DNA from: Leucoraja ocellata
Taxonomy: Eukaryota
Length of the DNA: 64,000 nt
NCBI GenBank assembly: GCA_036785375.1
Contig: JAWMAR010000083.1
Span: forward strand, 930,001 to 994,000
Direction of reading: 5' to 3'
Positions 25,813 to 37,380 of the stretch are shown in pieces. The notes under the pieces were generated by a model. That model worked only from the letters and a program-made list of their open reading frames with translations. It made no database searches and was not told the origin of the DNA. Each line of letters opens with the position of its first letter. The stretch's first letter is position 1. The translations under genes and the position numbers were made by a program.

Positions 25813-26200
25813 GGCAGGGAGGTGATTCTTGTTGGATTATTTTCCTATGTACACGAGTTGAAATGTTTCCTGCTCGGTTGTTTATTTTCATGAAGCTGTG
25901 AGAACCGCCCCGGACAACTGCTGGTGCCTGTCCCCACTAAACCTTCAACACAAGTTCCAGGGGAAGTTTATTCCCTGGACTTTCTCCTGGGTCTCGCTGT
26001 GTTGTGTGTGTTCGGCATCACGTGGGTCCAGGCAACGCCCGGCGCTTGAAGCGGACCCTCCCCTCTTGCTCACCACCGCAGCAGCAAAGAATGATCTATC
26101 AGCCTATTGTATAACATCCTGTACTGAACCTGAATTCCACCAGATTGACTGTGTGGTCATTAAATAATCTAATCTAATTTAATCTTTGAGCAGCAGTGTG

Positions 26201-26234
26201 CAAAGATCTTAGAGCAGAGCTTCTAAGATCTTTG
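26201..26234. mobile_element. 34-bp TIR-only remnant with 8-bp TSD
   Basis: CAAAGATCTTAGAGCAGAGCTTCTAAGATCTTTG flanked by GCAGTGTG at 26193-26200 and 26235-26242. Confidence 0.9.
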
Positions 26235-27649
26235 GCAGTGTGCAAGTATAACCTACAAAGAAACCGCTTTGATAAGATCGCCACGTGTAATTTCCATGGA
26301 AATGCAAGCTAGAAAGGTTCTCATGACACATTAATCAATAGCTTTTTGATCGCCACTACTTAATTGAACAATAAATAATACAGTGCATTTAAAATATTGC
26401 ACTCGGGGCACAAAAGCACGCACCGTGCACGAGTCCTCGTCTGAGATTATTTATATTCCACTATTGTTTCGTACCTAAAATGTGCATAGCAACAAGTAGA
26501 GATTCAAAGCGATGCACGGTCAACCGTGGCAGTAGATGATCTCACATGGGGACAAAATAACCGAAGGTCACACATTGCTCCTGCAAGGCAGCCTTTAACT
26601 CACGGGCGACTGATCAAAATGGACGGTTCTGATTCTGGAGCTGGAACTGCCGAACTCAATGCTCGTCAAGTTAGAGGACAGTATTGTCTGCTTGACTGGT
26701 GTTATGCTCATTATTTTTTTAGAAAAGGATGTTAGAACGAACATCAATCAGCAGCTAAGGATGCAGAAATAACCAAGACTATTCAGTTCGTTCATTATCC
26801 AGACCAGGTTTCAGATTGCACTTGGTCAGGTTTCACCATACATTGGTAAGTAGAATCAGGGCAAGACAATTTAGCCCCTGACGCCAGTTGCACCATCTAC
26901 GATCAATAGCTACAGGTGCCACTTCACCTTAACATGTAGGAAAGAACTGCAGATGCTGGTTTAAATCGTAGACACAAAATGCTGGAGTAACTCAGCGGGG
27001 TTAACTCGGTGGAGTAACTTCACCTTATCTCTTCATACTTTCAAATTTAAAAAATGTATCGGTCTCAGAAGTGAAATTTGTGAGAGATTGTTGCAAATTC
27101 TATCACCTTCGACATTTAGAGATATTTTCATATTTCACTCCTGAAAATGTTCCTGATTTTTAAATCAAACTCACCCAAATTGCAAACTAATGGAAAAGGT
27201 TTCTATATGATCACTATTTCAGTTTCTTAAAATATATTCAATAAATCACCCGTTAGCTTTGTAAAATCTGGGAATTAAACATTGGTTTCAGGGCTGCCAA
27301 CATTGGGTGAGAGTTGGGAGCGAGAGACCAAGCCCGAGGGAGCGTAGCAACAGAAAGGGGGGGGGGGGGTGCTTTTGCATTTTACAGCTTGAAATTGTGC
27401 AATCTGGTGCATACTGTAGCGAGTCTTTTAACTTACACTTGAATGCAATATTTATGCTTTAAATTGGATTAGCTATAAATAAGGTTAGGCTAAATGACAT
27501 TCCTAATTTCATTCCACAGTAGAGTCAGGCTCTGATCAACAGATGCAGCACATGAATGATCATAGTGTATTCATGTATGGAAATCAGATTATAATCAAGC
27601 ACTTGGCCCATGTTGACCAACCTGGGTCTCACTGCAAACCTGGTACTAC

Positions 27650-28510
27650 TCAAGAGTCAAGAGTCAAGAGTCAATTTAATTGTCATTTGGACCCCTAGAG
27701 GTCCAAACGAAATGCCGTTTCTGCAGCCATACATTACACACAAATAGACCCAGACACAACATAATTACATTTTACATAAACATCCATCACATAGCTGTGA
27801 TGGAAGGCCAAAAAAAACTTATCTCTCCACTGCACTCTCTCCCCCCCCCCGATGTCAGAGTCAAAGTCAAAGCCCCCGGCTGGCGATGGCGATTGTCCCG
27901 CGGCCATTAAAGCCACGCCGGGTGGTGCGAGGTCGCACACCGGGTCTTGGTGTTGGAGCCTCCGGTGTGCGCTCGTAAAGTCCCGCGGCCGTTCCAGCCG
28001 CGCGGGGCAATGGTGTTAGGCCCCGCTCAAGGAGCTCTTCGACCCCGCAACTCGGGTGGGAGAATTCGCCGTTGCAGGAGCCCCGAAAAGTGGTCTCTCT
28101 CTAGGGATCCGCGGGCTCCCGGCGCCGCTGTCCGCAGACCCGCAGCAGCAGCCTCCGACTCAGCAGCAGCCTCCGACTCAGCAGAAGCAGCAGCAGCAGC
28201 GGCAGCAGCAGCAGCAGCGCTCCTCCACCCGCTCCAACCGCTCCGGACTCGGCCAGCCCCGCGACGGCGACGGTGAGTAGCACCTGAGTCCCCGGCTTCC
28301 CCCTGTTGGAGGCCGCTCCTCGTTGCGGCCTCAACGACAAGGGAAACCCGACGAGAGAAGGTCGGGTCTCCAGTGCAGGGAGAGATTTAAAAAGTTTCCC
28401 CCCCCCTCCCACCCCCCCACACACACACCCCAACAAAAAATAACAAAAACTACATTAAAACACAGACAGAAAATAATAAAAACGCGGACAGACTGCAGAG
28501 GCCGCTGCTG
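27650..28510 (-). mobile_element. GC-rich non-autonomous retroposon with (CTCTTGA)n tail
   Basis: Tandem TCAAGAG tail, TGACAATTAAA motif, CCATCACA..TGTGATGG hairpin shared with 9319-10032; internal CAG-rich repeat 28140-28220. Confidence 0.65.
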
Positions 28511-29569
28511 GCCAGAGCCTGACCCTGACCCTGACTGCAGTTGCGTACCTTCTCTCATTCTTGACCCTGAGTCCAGCCTTACAACTGCCCCCCTATTCTA
28601 CTCTGATCATAGCTGCTTACCTGCTTAGGTTCCCAGTGTTGAACACTCCCATTGTCCCAGCTTTGACTGCACACCTGGTACTATTCCAGACCTTGACTCT
28701 GGATGCGCACTTGGCCTTGCTCCTAGCCCCTTTGCACTGACAATATGTCTGGCCCACACATAAAAGCCCCATATCTGACCCCCTGGATTTAATCTATTAC
28801 GTTCAAGTCCACTAGTGCTTATCTAATGCAGTAATCTTTTATGGGGCACTTCACGGACCAAATTTTGTATAACAACATTTGCTACATCCATTGGCTTCCT
28901 TGTTATCTAACATGCTAGTTATTTTGTCAAATAAGTCATCAATTGGTTGAACACAATTTCTCATCCATAAAATTATACTCACAAAGGTGTATGTATTCTG
29001 TTACCATTTCCTTCATTTTGTTATCAAACTATCCTGAAGTCATTTTCACCCCCCAATATTTTCAGTATTTTGCTGTATTCCTCTCAGCTAGGACTTTTCC
29101 GAAATGCAGAGTCCAATAACAATATATATTTAAGCAATAATAATCTATTTAATGTGACCTTGAGAGTACATAATATTTTCTGTGGTAATCATAACACAAC
29201 AATGATAAAAAGATCTTTGTTTTGATTGCACCTACCAACATGCATACATTAATATACTAGTTAATATGTATCAAGGGCAAATATTTGTTCCATTGCTCCA
29301 CATTCCCAATTACTTTTACATTGAAGTGATTGAAATCCAAGTGAAGTTTAAATGGCATCAGAAAAGTAAAACCTCCAGAATGGATGATAGTCATTATGTG
29401 GTTGGTTGGAGTCAGTAGCAGCACAATTACTATATTAAACTTTGAATCTTCAGATGTCCTGGTTCAAGCTAAAACTAGAGACAAATAATAACCTCATCAC
29501 ACATTCCCCTGCAAGTATCTCTGTTACTCCTTTAAAATATGCCCCTTCTTTGAACAAGCTCTTAAACAT

Positions 29570-30055
29570 AGAATAGAATAGTTTCTTTATTGTCATTGTA
29601 ACATGAGCCATGTACAACGAAATTTAAAAATGTCAGCCAGTCAGTGCACCATTCAAACATTTCTAAAAGCTAACGATACATACAAGATAAAATATTAAAA
29701 GATAAACAACTAAAATAAATATCACGAAAATAGCACGCATAAACACCCAACCCTCCATCCTTCTGTCGATTTCACAGTGTACCACAGTCCCTTAGTATGT
29801 CTCGCCCCTGCGTTCCTTGGCGGCTACATTTAGTGCTTTTATAGCAGTGGGGTAAAAACTGTTTTTTAGTCTGTTCGTCCTTGTCCTTGTAGATCTGTAC
29901 CGTCTGCCTGACGGCAACAGTTCAAACAGGGAGTGTCCGGGGTGGGAAATGTCCTTTATGATACTCTAGGATTTGTTGGTGCAGCGGGAACTGTGTAAGT
30001 CCTCCAAGGTAAGGAGAGGGCAGCCGACAATCCTCTGGGCGTTGTCAATGGCCCA
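29570..30055 (-). mobile_element. Rex1/Babar-like LINE 3' end
   Basis: Minus strand encodes SHPGHSLFELLPSGRRYRS; (ATTCT)n tail. Confidence 0.8.
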
Positions 30056-30743
30056 TCGCATCTGAATCAGTTCCCATCTGATTACACTCCTTGAGGATGT
30101 TCATCTACGTGTTCAATTAATAAAACAACGAGATTAGGGACATTTCTATTCAACCTGTCAAAGGAATTTGGGGGGAGTGGTTAGAAATAGTCAGTGAGGT
30201 AAACAAACATAATAGTTGAGTGGCAAATGACAATAGTGCTACCTTCTCAATATTTAACTGAAGGAAATAATGGGTTATCGGGGCTGTATGTTGTGACACA
30301 CAGCCTGACACCTTGCATGTCATTTTAATATGACACTTATCCCATCCCCCTGGATATTCCGGATTAATAAATTAAGGTTTTGTCAACTAATTACAAATCA
30401 GGCTAATTACAAATCAATAACATTAGCCAATTCCGAAACATGAAGCGCTGAGCATTGGGATCCAGACATCATGGACAACTGGCCTCGGTTCCCCGCTCAC
30501 ATCTGGCAGTGTTCTCCGTTTGAACCAGGGGCCATGGAGCATTTTTTAATGTGGGGAAGCTGAGCGATCACTGATCACTGATCACTGGCCTTGGGGGTAC
30601 CCAGCGATGCAGTGGAGTGACCGAGTGGGGGGGGGGGGGGGGGGGGGTGTGGGCGGGGGTTCTTTTTGAAATTTGATGTATTGAAATCATGTTTTAGTGC
30701 ATTGTAGAAGTATGATTTCAATGTTTTTCGTTTAAAGTATTTT

Positions 30744-30972
30744 TAAGGGGTAACTTTTTCCACACAAAGGATTGTGGGTGTATGGAGCAAGCTGCCAAAG
30801 GAGGTAGTTGAGGCAGGGACTATCCCAATATTTAAGAAAATGTTAGACTGATACATGGATAGGGCAGGTTTGGAGGTATGGACCAAAAGCAGGTAGCGTA
30901 GCTGGGACATGTTGGCGGGAGTGGGCAAGTTGCGCTGAAGGGCCTGTTTTCACACTGTATCACTCTATGACC
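30744..30972 (+). mobile_element. CR1 (HER1-like) LINE 3' fragment
   Basis: TTTTCCACACAAAGG..GTGGGTGTATGG..GCTGCCA and tail GAAGGGCCTGTTT..ACTCTATGAC. Confidence 0.75.
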
Positions 30973-31042
30973 ACATTATACCTCCACCATGCATGAATGC
31001 TTCAAAATCAAGTGGTCAAGTTTTATTGCCATATACTCAAGC

Positions 31043-31910
31043 ATAGAAACATAGAAAATAGGTGCAGGAATAGGCCATTCGGCCCTTCGAGCCAGCACTG
31101 CCATTCAATATGATAATGGCTGTTCATCTAAAATCAGTACCTCTTTCCTGTTTTTTTCCCCATATCCCTTGATTTAGCTAGCCTCAAGAGCAAAATGTAA
31201 CTCTCTCTTGAAAATATCCAGCAAATTGGCCTCCACTGCCTTCTGTGGCAGAGAATTCCACAGATTCACAACGCTCTGGGTTAAGAAAGTTTGTCCTCAC
31301 TTAAATTTTGGAAAAATACAACCACACCAACTGTTAAAATGTGGATTAGGAATATGATGGACATAGCACGCCTTGAAGAAATGAGACTCCGACTAATAGA
31401 TAAATATGACCAATTCTTAAGGAGTTGGTCTCCTTTCATCGACTTTTTGGAATCATGTGATGCAGCGGTACCGTAAGGATTGCTGATTTCAGTTCATGAC
31501 GCGGATAGATCTACATCTCCGAATACAGATTTGAAAAATTCTCTTTTAAGGGGCCTTCTCTTCTATTTCTACTTTCCACTTTCTCTCTTCCTTTTTTTTT
31601 ATTTTTTATACACACACCACGTTTTTCTACTCTCTACCATCTATTTTTCCACTTTTTCCCCTTTCTGTTGTTTTCTTTTTCTTGTCCTGCTTACTTCCTT
31701 CTTATAACATAAAACTAGAGGTTGTACATAGAATGGATTACGGTATTACATAGTTGGCACCTAAAATTAGGTGCCACTGTACTGTTTTGTGCTGTATTAA
31801 CTTCTAATAAAATAAACAAAAAAAAAAAAAAAAGAAAGTTTGTCCTCATCTCAGTCCTAACTGCCTACCCTTTATTCTTAAACTGTCACCCCTGGTTCTG
31901 GACACCCCCA
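31043..31910 (-). mobile_element. CR1 LINE 3' fragment interrupted by an L1
   Basis: CATAGAAACATAGAAAATAGGTGCAGG tail; sequence resumes after the L1 insertion at 31849. Confidence 0.8.
31300..31831 (+). mobile_element. 5'-truncated L1 (ORF2 C-terminus, 3' UTR, poly-A) with 17-bp TSD
   Basis: LKFWKNTTTPTVKMW...WSPFIDFL; AATAAA plus poly-A; TSD AAGAAAGTTTGTCCTCA at 31283-31299 and 31832-31848, preceded by TT. Confidence 0.92.
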
Positions 31911-32025
31911 TTTTTTTTACTGCAGTTACAGTAAGTGAAAATCTAGCAGGCAAGCAGGATGCTTTCTCCAACCACCCCTATTTGAAGGCTACTATCTTCC
32001 ATCGCTGCTACCCAGTGCTTGATAC

Positions 32026-32186
32026 CTTCTTCCAGCAGCCACTGGTTGTCCTCCAGGATGCACCGAGCTGCAGCCTGATCCATGCCAGTCACCAGAGTGA
32101 ATTTGGCACAGAGACTCTCACAGCAGCGGCACAATGCTTCCGACACCCCCCGACGGCTCGAGACTCTTGCACTGAGGCTGCTCCAT
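32026..32186 (-). pseudogene. TDP2 N-terminal (UBA-like) exon-like fragment, copy B, frameshifted
   Basis: Kozak GCCATGG; MEQPQCKSLEPS/SEALCRCCESLCAKFTLVTGMDQAAARCILEDNQWLLEE then GGTATC; pattern resembles TDP2 RRLLCVEFASVASCDAAVAQCFLAENDWEME (recalled, not searched). Confidence 0.6.
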
Positions 32187-32504
32187 GGCCGGAGCTGCAG
32201 CAAGCAATTCGCCAGCCCGGCAAACACTCGCCAGCCCCAGCTCCCTGTCCCATCCCTCCCTCCGACCCGGCTCTCCAACACCCATGACCAGGTTGCTCAG
32301 AGCACAGCTGCGCCTCGTCCAAAGCATATTGGAACATGTGGAGCCAAAAAAGTGGGCCCCCCCGGTTTTGCGGCCCATGTACCTCTCCTGCCGCTCGCCC
32401 GCCTCGCTCATGTCAGCCGCTTCCCGCAAATCCTTAAATTCCACCTGCCGCCGGGAGCAGGACATGGCTTTACTTACTGCACTGGGTGACACTCATTCAC
32501 TGCC

Positions 32505-32684
32505 TGGTCCTCCAGGATACACCGGGCCGCAGCCTGATCCATGCCGATCACCTGGGCGAATTCGGCCGACATCTTAACGGCAGCGACGCAACGCTTCCGA
32601 CGCCTCCGACGGCCCAGGACTCTTGCACTGTGGCTGCTCCAAAGATAATAGAGGAGCTCCTCTAGTATCTTTGGGCTGCTCCAT
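32505..32684 (-). pseudogene. TDP2 N-terminal (UBA-like) exon-like fragment, copy A, disrupted
   Basis: MEQP[42-bp insertion]QCKSPGPSEASEALRRCR*/SAEFAQVIGMDQAAARCILEDQ. Confidence 0.55.
32640..32673. mobile_element. 34-bp (17+17) palindromic TIR-only remnant with 8-bp TSD
   Basis: CAAAGATAATAGAGGAG|CTCCTCTAGTATCTTTG flanked by GGCTGCTC at 32632-32639 and 32674-32681; empty paralogous site at 32176-32183. Confidence 0.93.
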
Positions 32685-35600
32685 GGCCAGAGCTGCAGCG
32701 AGCGACTCACCAGCCCGGCAAACACTCGCCAGCCCCAGCTCCCCATCCGCATCTGCCCCCGACGCTGCTTACATCCCTCCGTCCGCCCTGCTCGCGAGCA
32801 CCCACGGCCCATGCAGCTGATATGAGTTTTGAATTCTCTTTGATCACAGAATTTCTCATGACAGAGTGTGAAAAATGTGTGATCAGCGTGAGAGCGTGAG
32901 AATTTGACCAAATGCGTGATTCTCACGCTCAATGCATGAGAGGTGGCAGCCCTGTTGGTTTATGCAGTTTTCTTAAATGCTTGTCCTTGTCCGGAGGTAT
33001 CCGGGGTGGCCCTGGGCTGGTGGGGTGGCCCCGGACTTGCAGCAAGCGCTGCAGCAGCTGGCTCCAGCTCGGCTCTGCCTGTCGTGCCGGGTTGGCCGGC
33101 AGCCCTGGACTGGTGGGGTCGTGCCCGGCTCTCCGTTGAGTTGCTGCTAGGCCGTCCCCGTCCCCTCCCCGGTGTCCCGTCCCTGTCCGGAGGTGTCCGG
33201 CAGTGCATGCGGCGCCGGGCCACGGGTTCGATCCTGGCTGTGGATGCGGCATGGACCTGTGCGCTGAGAATGTCTCTCCGCCGGTTTAGTCACTCTCCCT
33301 CTCCCACTAGCATCTGCCCCTGCTCTCCCGCTACCTTGCACCCCCGTTCCTCAGATTAAATATATTTTTACACATAAATCATGAATAAAGATAAGAATTA
33401 ACATACAGTTTATGTAGCCAGCGCTTCGTTCACTTTTTCTTTATAGCGAGTGACCTTTGACAAATCCCATGATTCCTTGCGTTTTTCGGAATACTGAACT
33501 CGCTTATTGCTCACAGTGCTCCAGATCTGGTGCTTTGCAGGGGTTGCAAACCTTCCACCTCCTCATATCCAGTCATCCAGATTTAAACCTGTTAATCTTT
33601 TTGATTAATTTTAGTTCAAAAAAGGGTCCTGACCTGAAATGTCACCTATCTTTCTCCTTTCAATTACAATCAGTCTGAAGAAGGATCTAAACCCGAAATT
33701 TCACCTAGTCCTTTTCTTCATCGATGCTGCCTCACCCGCTGAGTTTCTCCAGCATTTTTGTCTACCTTTGATTTCTCCAGCATCTTTCTTAAACGTCCTG
33801 TCTCGAAATGTCACCTCCACAGATGCTGCCTGACCTACTGATTTTCTCCAGTATTGTTGATTATTTTATATGCTCGTCTATGACATTGGTATAATTAGCA
33901 GATAAGAACTGCTAAATCTTTTAGAACCTCCAATTCATGATTTAGAGAGCATAATGTTCTATCTTTAATGGTTACAAATCTAACGATCCAAAATTTGGTT
34001 ATATTTAAACTCATTTGTCTCAATCCTTCTTATTTAATTATTATTCTTTGTCATTTATTGGTGCCATCTACATTACCTAAAATGGCACCTATAATTTGAT
34101 TTATGGATTTCCATTCCATTACCGAAATAATTTATAGATATGGTGAATGATTGTCATCTAAAGGTGATTCCTTGGGGAACACCAGGAGTCACATCATACT
34201 GATTTGCTCACTTGGCCACTATTTCAGCAATCTGTCTCCTATCATTCTGCTGATTTCAAACTTAAATCAAGAAATCATTTTCACTCCCATGAAACCAAAA
34301 ATCTCATAGTTTCATTCAACTGCAGAGCAATGCTGCATTAAATGACAGGAATGCCACCAGTCACTTAAGCTACATATAAACGTTCAAGGGTCAGCCCTTG
34401 TAAAGATGATCAACATCAATGTGAACATGAAAGATCCAAGAAGAACACCGTAAATACGGAGATTGATAAAAATCATTGTAGATCGGCAATTCAAAAATGA
34501 TCAGGCATGACTTACCCTTTACAACTCTAGGCTACCCGCTTATCACCTGCCAAAAATATTTAATTATCGGTAGTTGAACCACAAGGTTTGGATTCATAGC
34601 GGATATTGTGTCAGTGCTGCCTGTGTTATTCTGTATCTAAAAGTGTCCACTGTGAGAAGCATGCTGTTTAGTTCTGCTACTGCTATTCAACACAGCAGTT
34701 AATGCCATATTTAATCACACATAGCAGCGCACATGTTCAGCAGCAAAAAATAACTCCATCACCAATGGCATTTCGTTCCCCAACTACTCTTGCGTTAGTT
34801 GCTGATTGATTTTTGCTGACTGTTACAGTGATTGAATGTTTGTGCTCTCTAATTATTGAAATCTGTCAACATCTCTTGGGGAGTCTGTGTAAGGAATTGA
34901 AAGTCTAGGTTAGGTCCTAATTTCATAGGTTCTGCAGTTACTTTCTAACATAGGTCAGTTTCTTGGTGCTTCCGATAGCAAAAGAGGATAAACTATTAGA
35001 ATGAACTGCAGGAGGGAGGAGATTTTTCAGAGAGCAATTCCCCTACCTGTATCGCAACAACAAACAGTATGTGAGATGTCTACAGCTGCAGCATTCCTCG
35101 TTGGAATCTGCTACCTGCTCTACCTTTGCAGAGCAGAGATTGTATTGTCAGTGATTATGTACTTTTATTTGTCTGCCTGCTTTTATATTGGAGATGGAGA
35201 TACTCATAGGTTCTCCGCTCTTTTGTTAAAGAGTTCCGTCACTCTCCACTCAAAGCAGCTAACTGCACTGTATGGTCTCTCATCGGTGATCAGACATTGA
35301 GGAAAGCTAGTTTTTCCATTATGCATAGGAAGGAACCGCAGATGCTAGTTTAAACCGAAAATAGACACAAAAAGCCGGAGTAACTCAGCAGATCAGACAG
35401 CATCTCTGGAGAAAAGGAATACTGTAGGTGATGTTTAGGATCAAGACCCTTCTTCCCCTGACTCTCAGTCTGAAGAAACGTCTCCAGAGATGCTGCCTAG
35501 AAAAATAGAGAATTTTAATGGTTCACTATCTGCTGAATGAAGGCATTTTTTCATCATCTCCATCTTAAACAGTTTACCCCTTGTTGTCAAATTGTGCCTT

Positions 35601-35829
35601 CTGGTCCTGGGCTTCTCAGTCAGCAGAAATATCCTCCCAGCATGCAGAAGCCAAGCTTTTTGTATCTATTTTTAGCTTTTCCATTAGTTCAGCTTGTGAA
35701 TGCTGGGTGTTAACTCTCTTATGTACTACAAGCAAAAGGAATTCCAATCCCTCCACATCCAACTGGTGCCAGAAAATTATACACAAAAAAATGTCTAGGG
35801 TCACGGTTGCAGTACGAAGACTGAATTCA

Positions 35830-37020
35830 TGAACATTGGGAACAGGAGCAGGCGATAGCCATTCAGCCTTTGTGCCTACTCTGTCATTATCATGATTGTA
35901 GCATGATCCACCTCAGTGCTATTTTCTGACATTATTCCAACATACCTTAATTCCCTTAATGCCAGAAATCTATTGATCTCTGTTTTGGATATAATTACTT
36001 TGCTTTCACTGCCTAGAAAAATAGAACATTTTAATGGTTCACCGTCTGCTGAATGAAGGCATTTCTCATCATCTCCATCTTAAATAGTTTACCCCTTATT
36101 GTCAAATTGTGCCTTCTGGCCCTGGGCTCCTCAGTCAGCAGAAATATCCTCCCTGCATGCAGCAGCCAAGCCTTTAGGTATTGTGTAGGTTTCAATGAGA
36201 TCTCTGCTCATCCTTCTAAATACTATAGAATATTGTCCTAGATTACTCAATCTCTCTTCATGTAGTAAATCCTTGGAATCATTCTAGTGAATCTGCACTA
36301 GAGTGGTAAATGTATTTCCTCGTGACAAATACATCCTTTCCACATCAAGAAACCAAATCTATACGCAAAACTCCAGGTTTGGTCTCGCTAGGATCCTGTA
36401 CAATTTTGAAATGACTTGTTTATTCTTGCAATCAAACCCTGTCATGTGAAGGTAAATGTATCATTTCCCCTTCCCAATCACCTGCTGCACCTGCATGTTA
36501 GCCATCGGTGAACTGTACCACCATTTGGCAAATGCTTGACTTTAGATGTTATGGGCATCTAAATGGATGGTCCCCCATGATATTCTATCTGCCATTTTCT
36601 TACCCATTCACCCAGCTAATCCATACCCCCTTAATGTCTTCTTCTGTATTCTGTATTCACTATCCCAACTAGTTTAGAAATGTCAGCAAGCTTGGAAATT
36701 TGACATTTTGTTTCCCTTGGCAAGTAAATGCTATGAGTAGTGAATACCTGACAGACATCATTGTGGCATCCCACATCATGACCCCCCAGCCTGAGAAGAA
36801 TTTATTCCCACTCTTTGTTTCTGTCTAATAATCAACTATAGAACCATGTCAATACTCTATTTCCAATTTCATGTACCCTAATCCTATTTACCAGCCACCT
36901 GCGTCACACCTTTTCAAAAGCCTTCCAGAAATCCAAATACATCATATGCACTGATCCCCCCCTGATTTATTTTGCTGGAATATCCTCAAATATTTCCAAC
37001 AGATTAGTCATGCATTGTTT
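35830..37020 (-). mobile_element. Old, degraded CR1-like LINE
   Basis: CR1-type 3' tail near 35830-35900 and eroded RT motifs (TGTCAGCAAG ~36680; TCAAAAGCCTT ~36915 = KAF on minus). Confidence 0.55.
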
Positions 37021-37075
37021 TCCCCACAGTCATCCACCGAGAGCTACATTTGAGCCAAAGGATGACGAGATGTTG

Positions 37076-37380
37076 GTTTAGTTTAGTTTAGAGATACAGC
37101 GCAGAGATGGCCCACTGAGTTCACACCTACCAGTGATCCCCACACAAGCCTACACACGCTAGGGACAATTTACACATATACCAAGTATACAAACCCTAGC
37201 CAGTTAACCTGCAAACCTGTACATCTTTGGAATGTGGGAGGAAACCGAAGATCTCGGAAAAAACCCACGCGGACACGGGGAGAATGTGCAAACTCCATAC
37301 AGACAGCACCCGCTGTCAGAATCGAACCCGGGTCTCCAATGCTGCAAGTGCTGTAAGGCTGCAACTCTACCACTGCGTAA
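37076..37380 (-). mobile_element. V-SINE (HE1-like)
   Basis: (GTTTA)n tail and ATCGAACCCGGG B-box on the reverse strand. Confidence 0.85.

Larger units (their letters stand above)
25000..26090. promoter_or_regulatory. CpG-rich non-repetitive region, putative PRSS23 promoter
   Basis: CpG density higher than the flanks; contains a minus-strand TATA box, a splice donor and a CACGTG E-box (~26018). Confidence 0.6.
27289..32954. mobile_element. Composite TIR element (CAGGGCTGCCA termini), 7-bp TSD, 5.7 kb including nested/captured DNA
   Basis: CAGGGCTGCCAAC ... GGTGGCAGCCCTG; TTGGTTT at 27282-27288 and 32955-32961. Confidence 0.7.

Noticed and set aside
27947-28436. PolyQ/polyA/polyL ORFs
   Set aside because: Translations of a CAG-rich repeat inside a retroposon
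30526-30740. CAGGGGCC-starting hAT-like left end
   Set aside because: No matching right TIR or TSD found; truncated by CR1
32280-32492. KTGG..FG motif reminiscent of sulfotransferase or epimerase sequences
   Set aside because: Only a few residues match; no further homology recognisable
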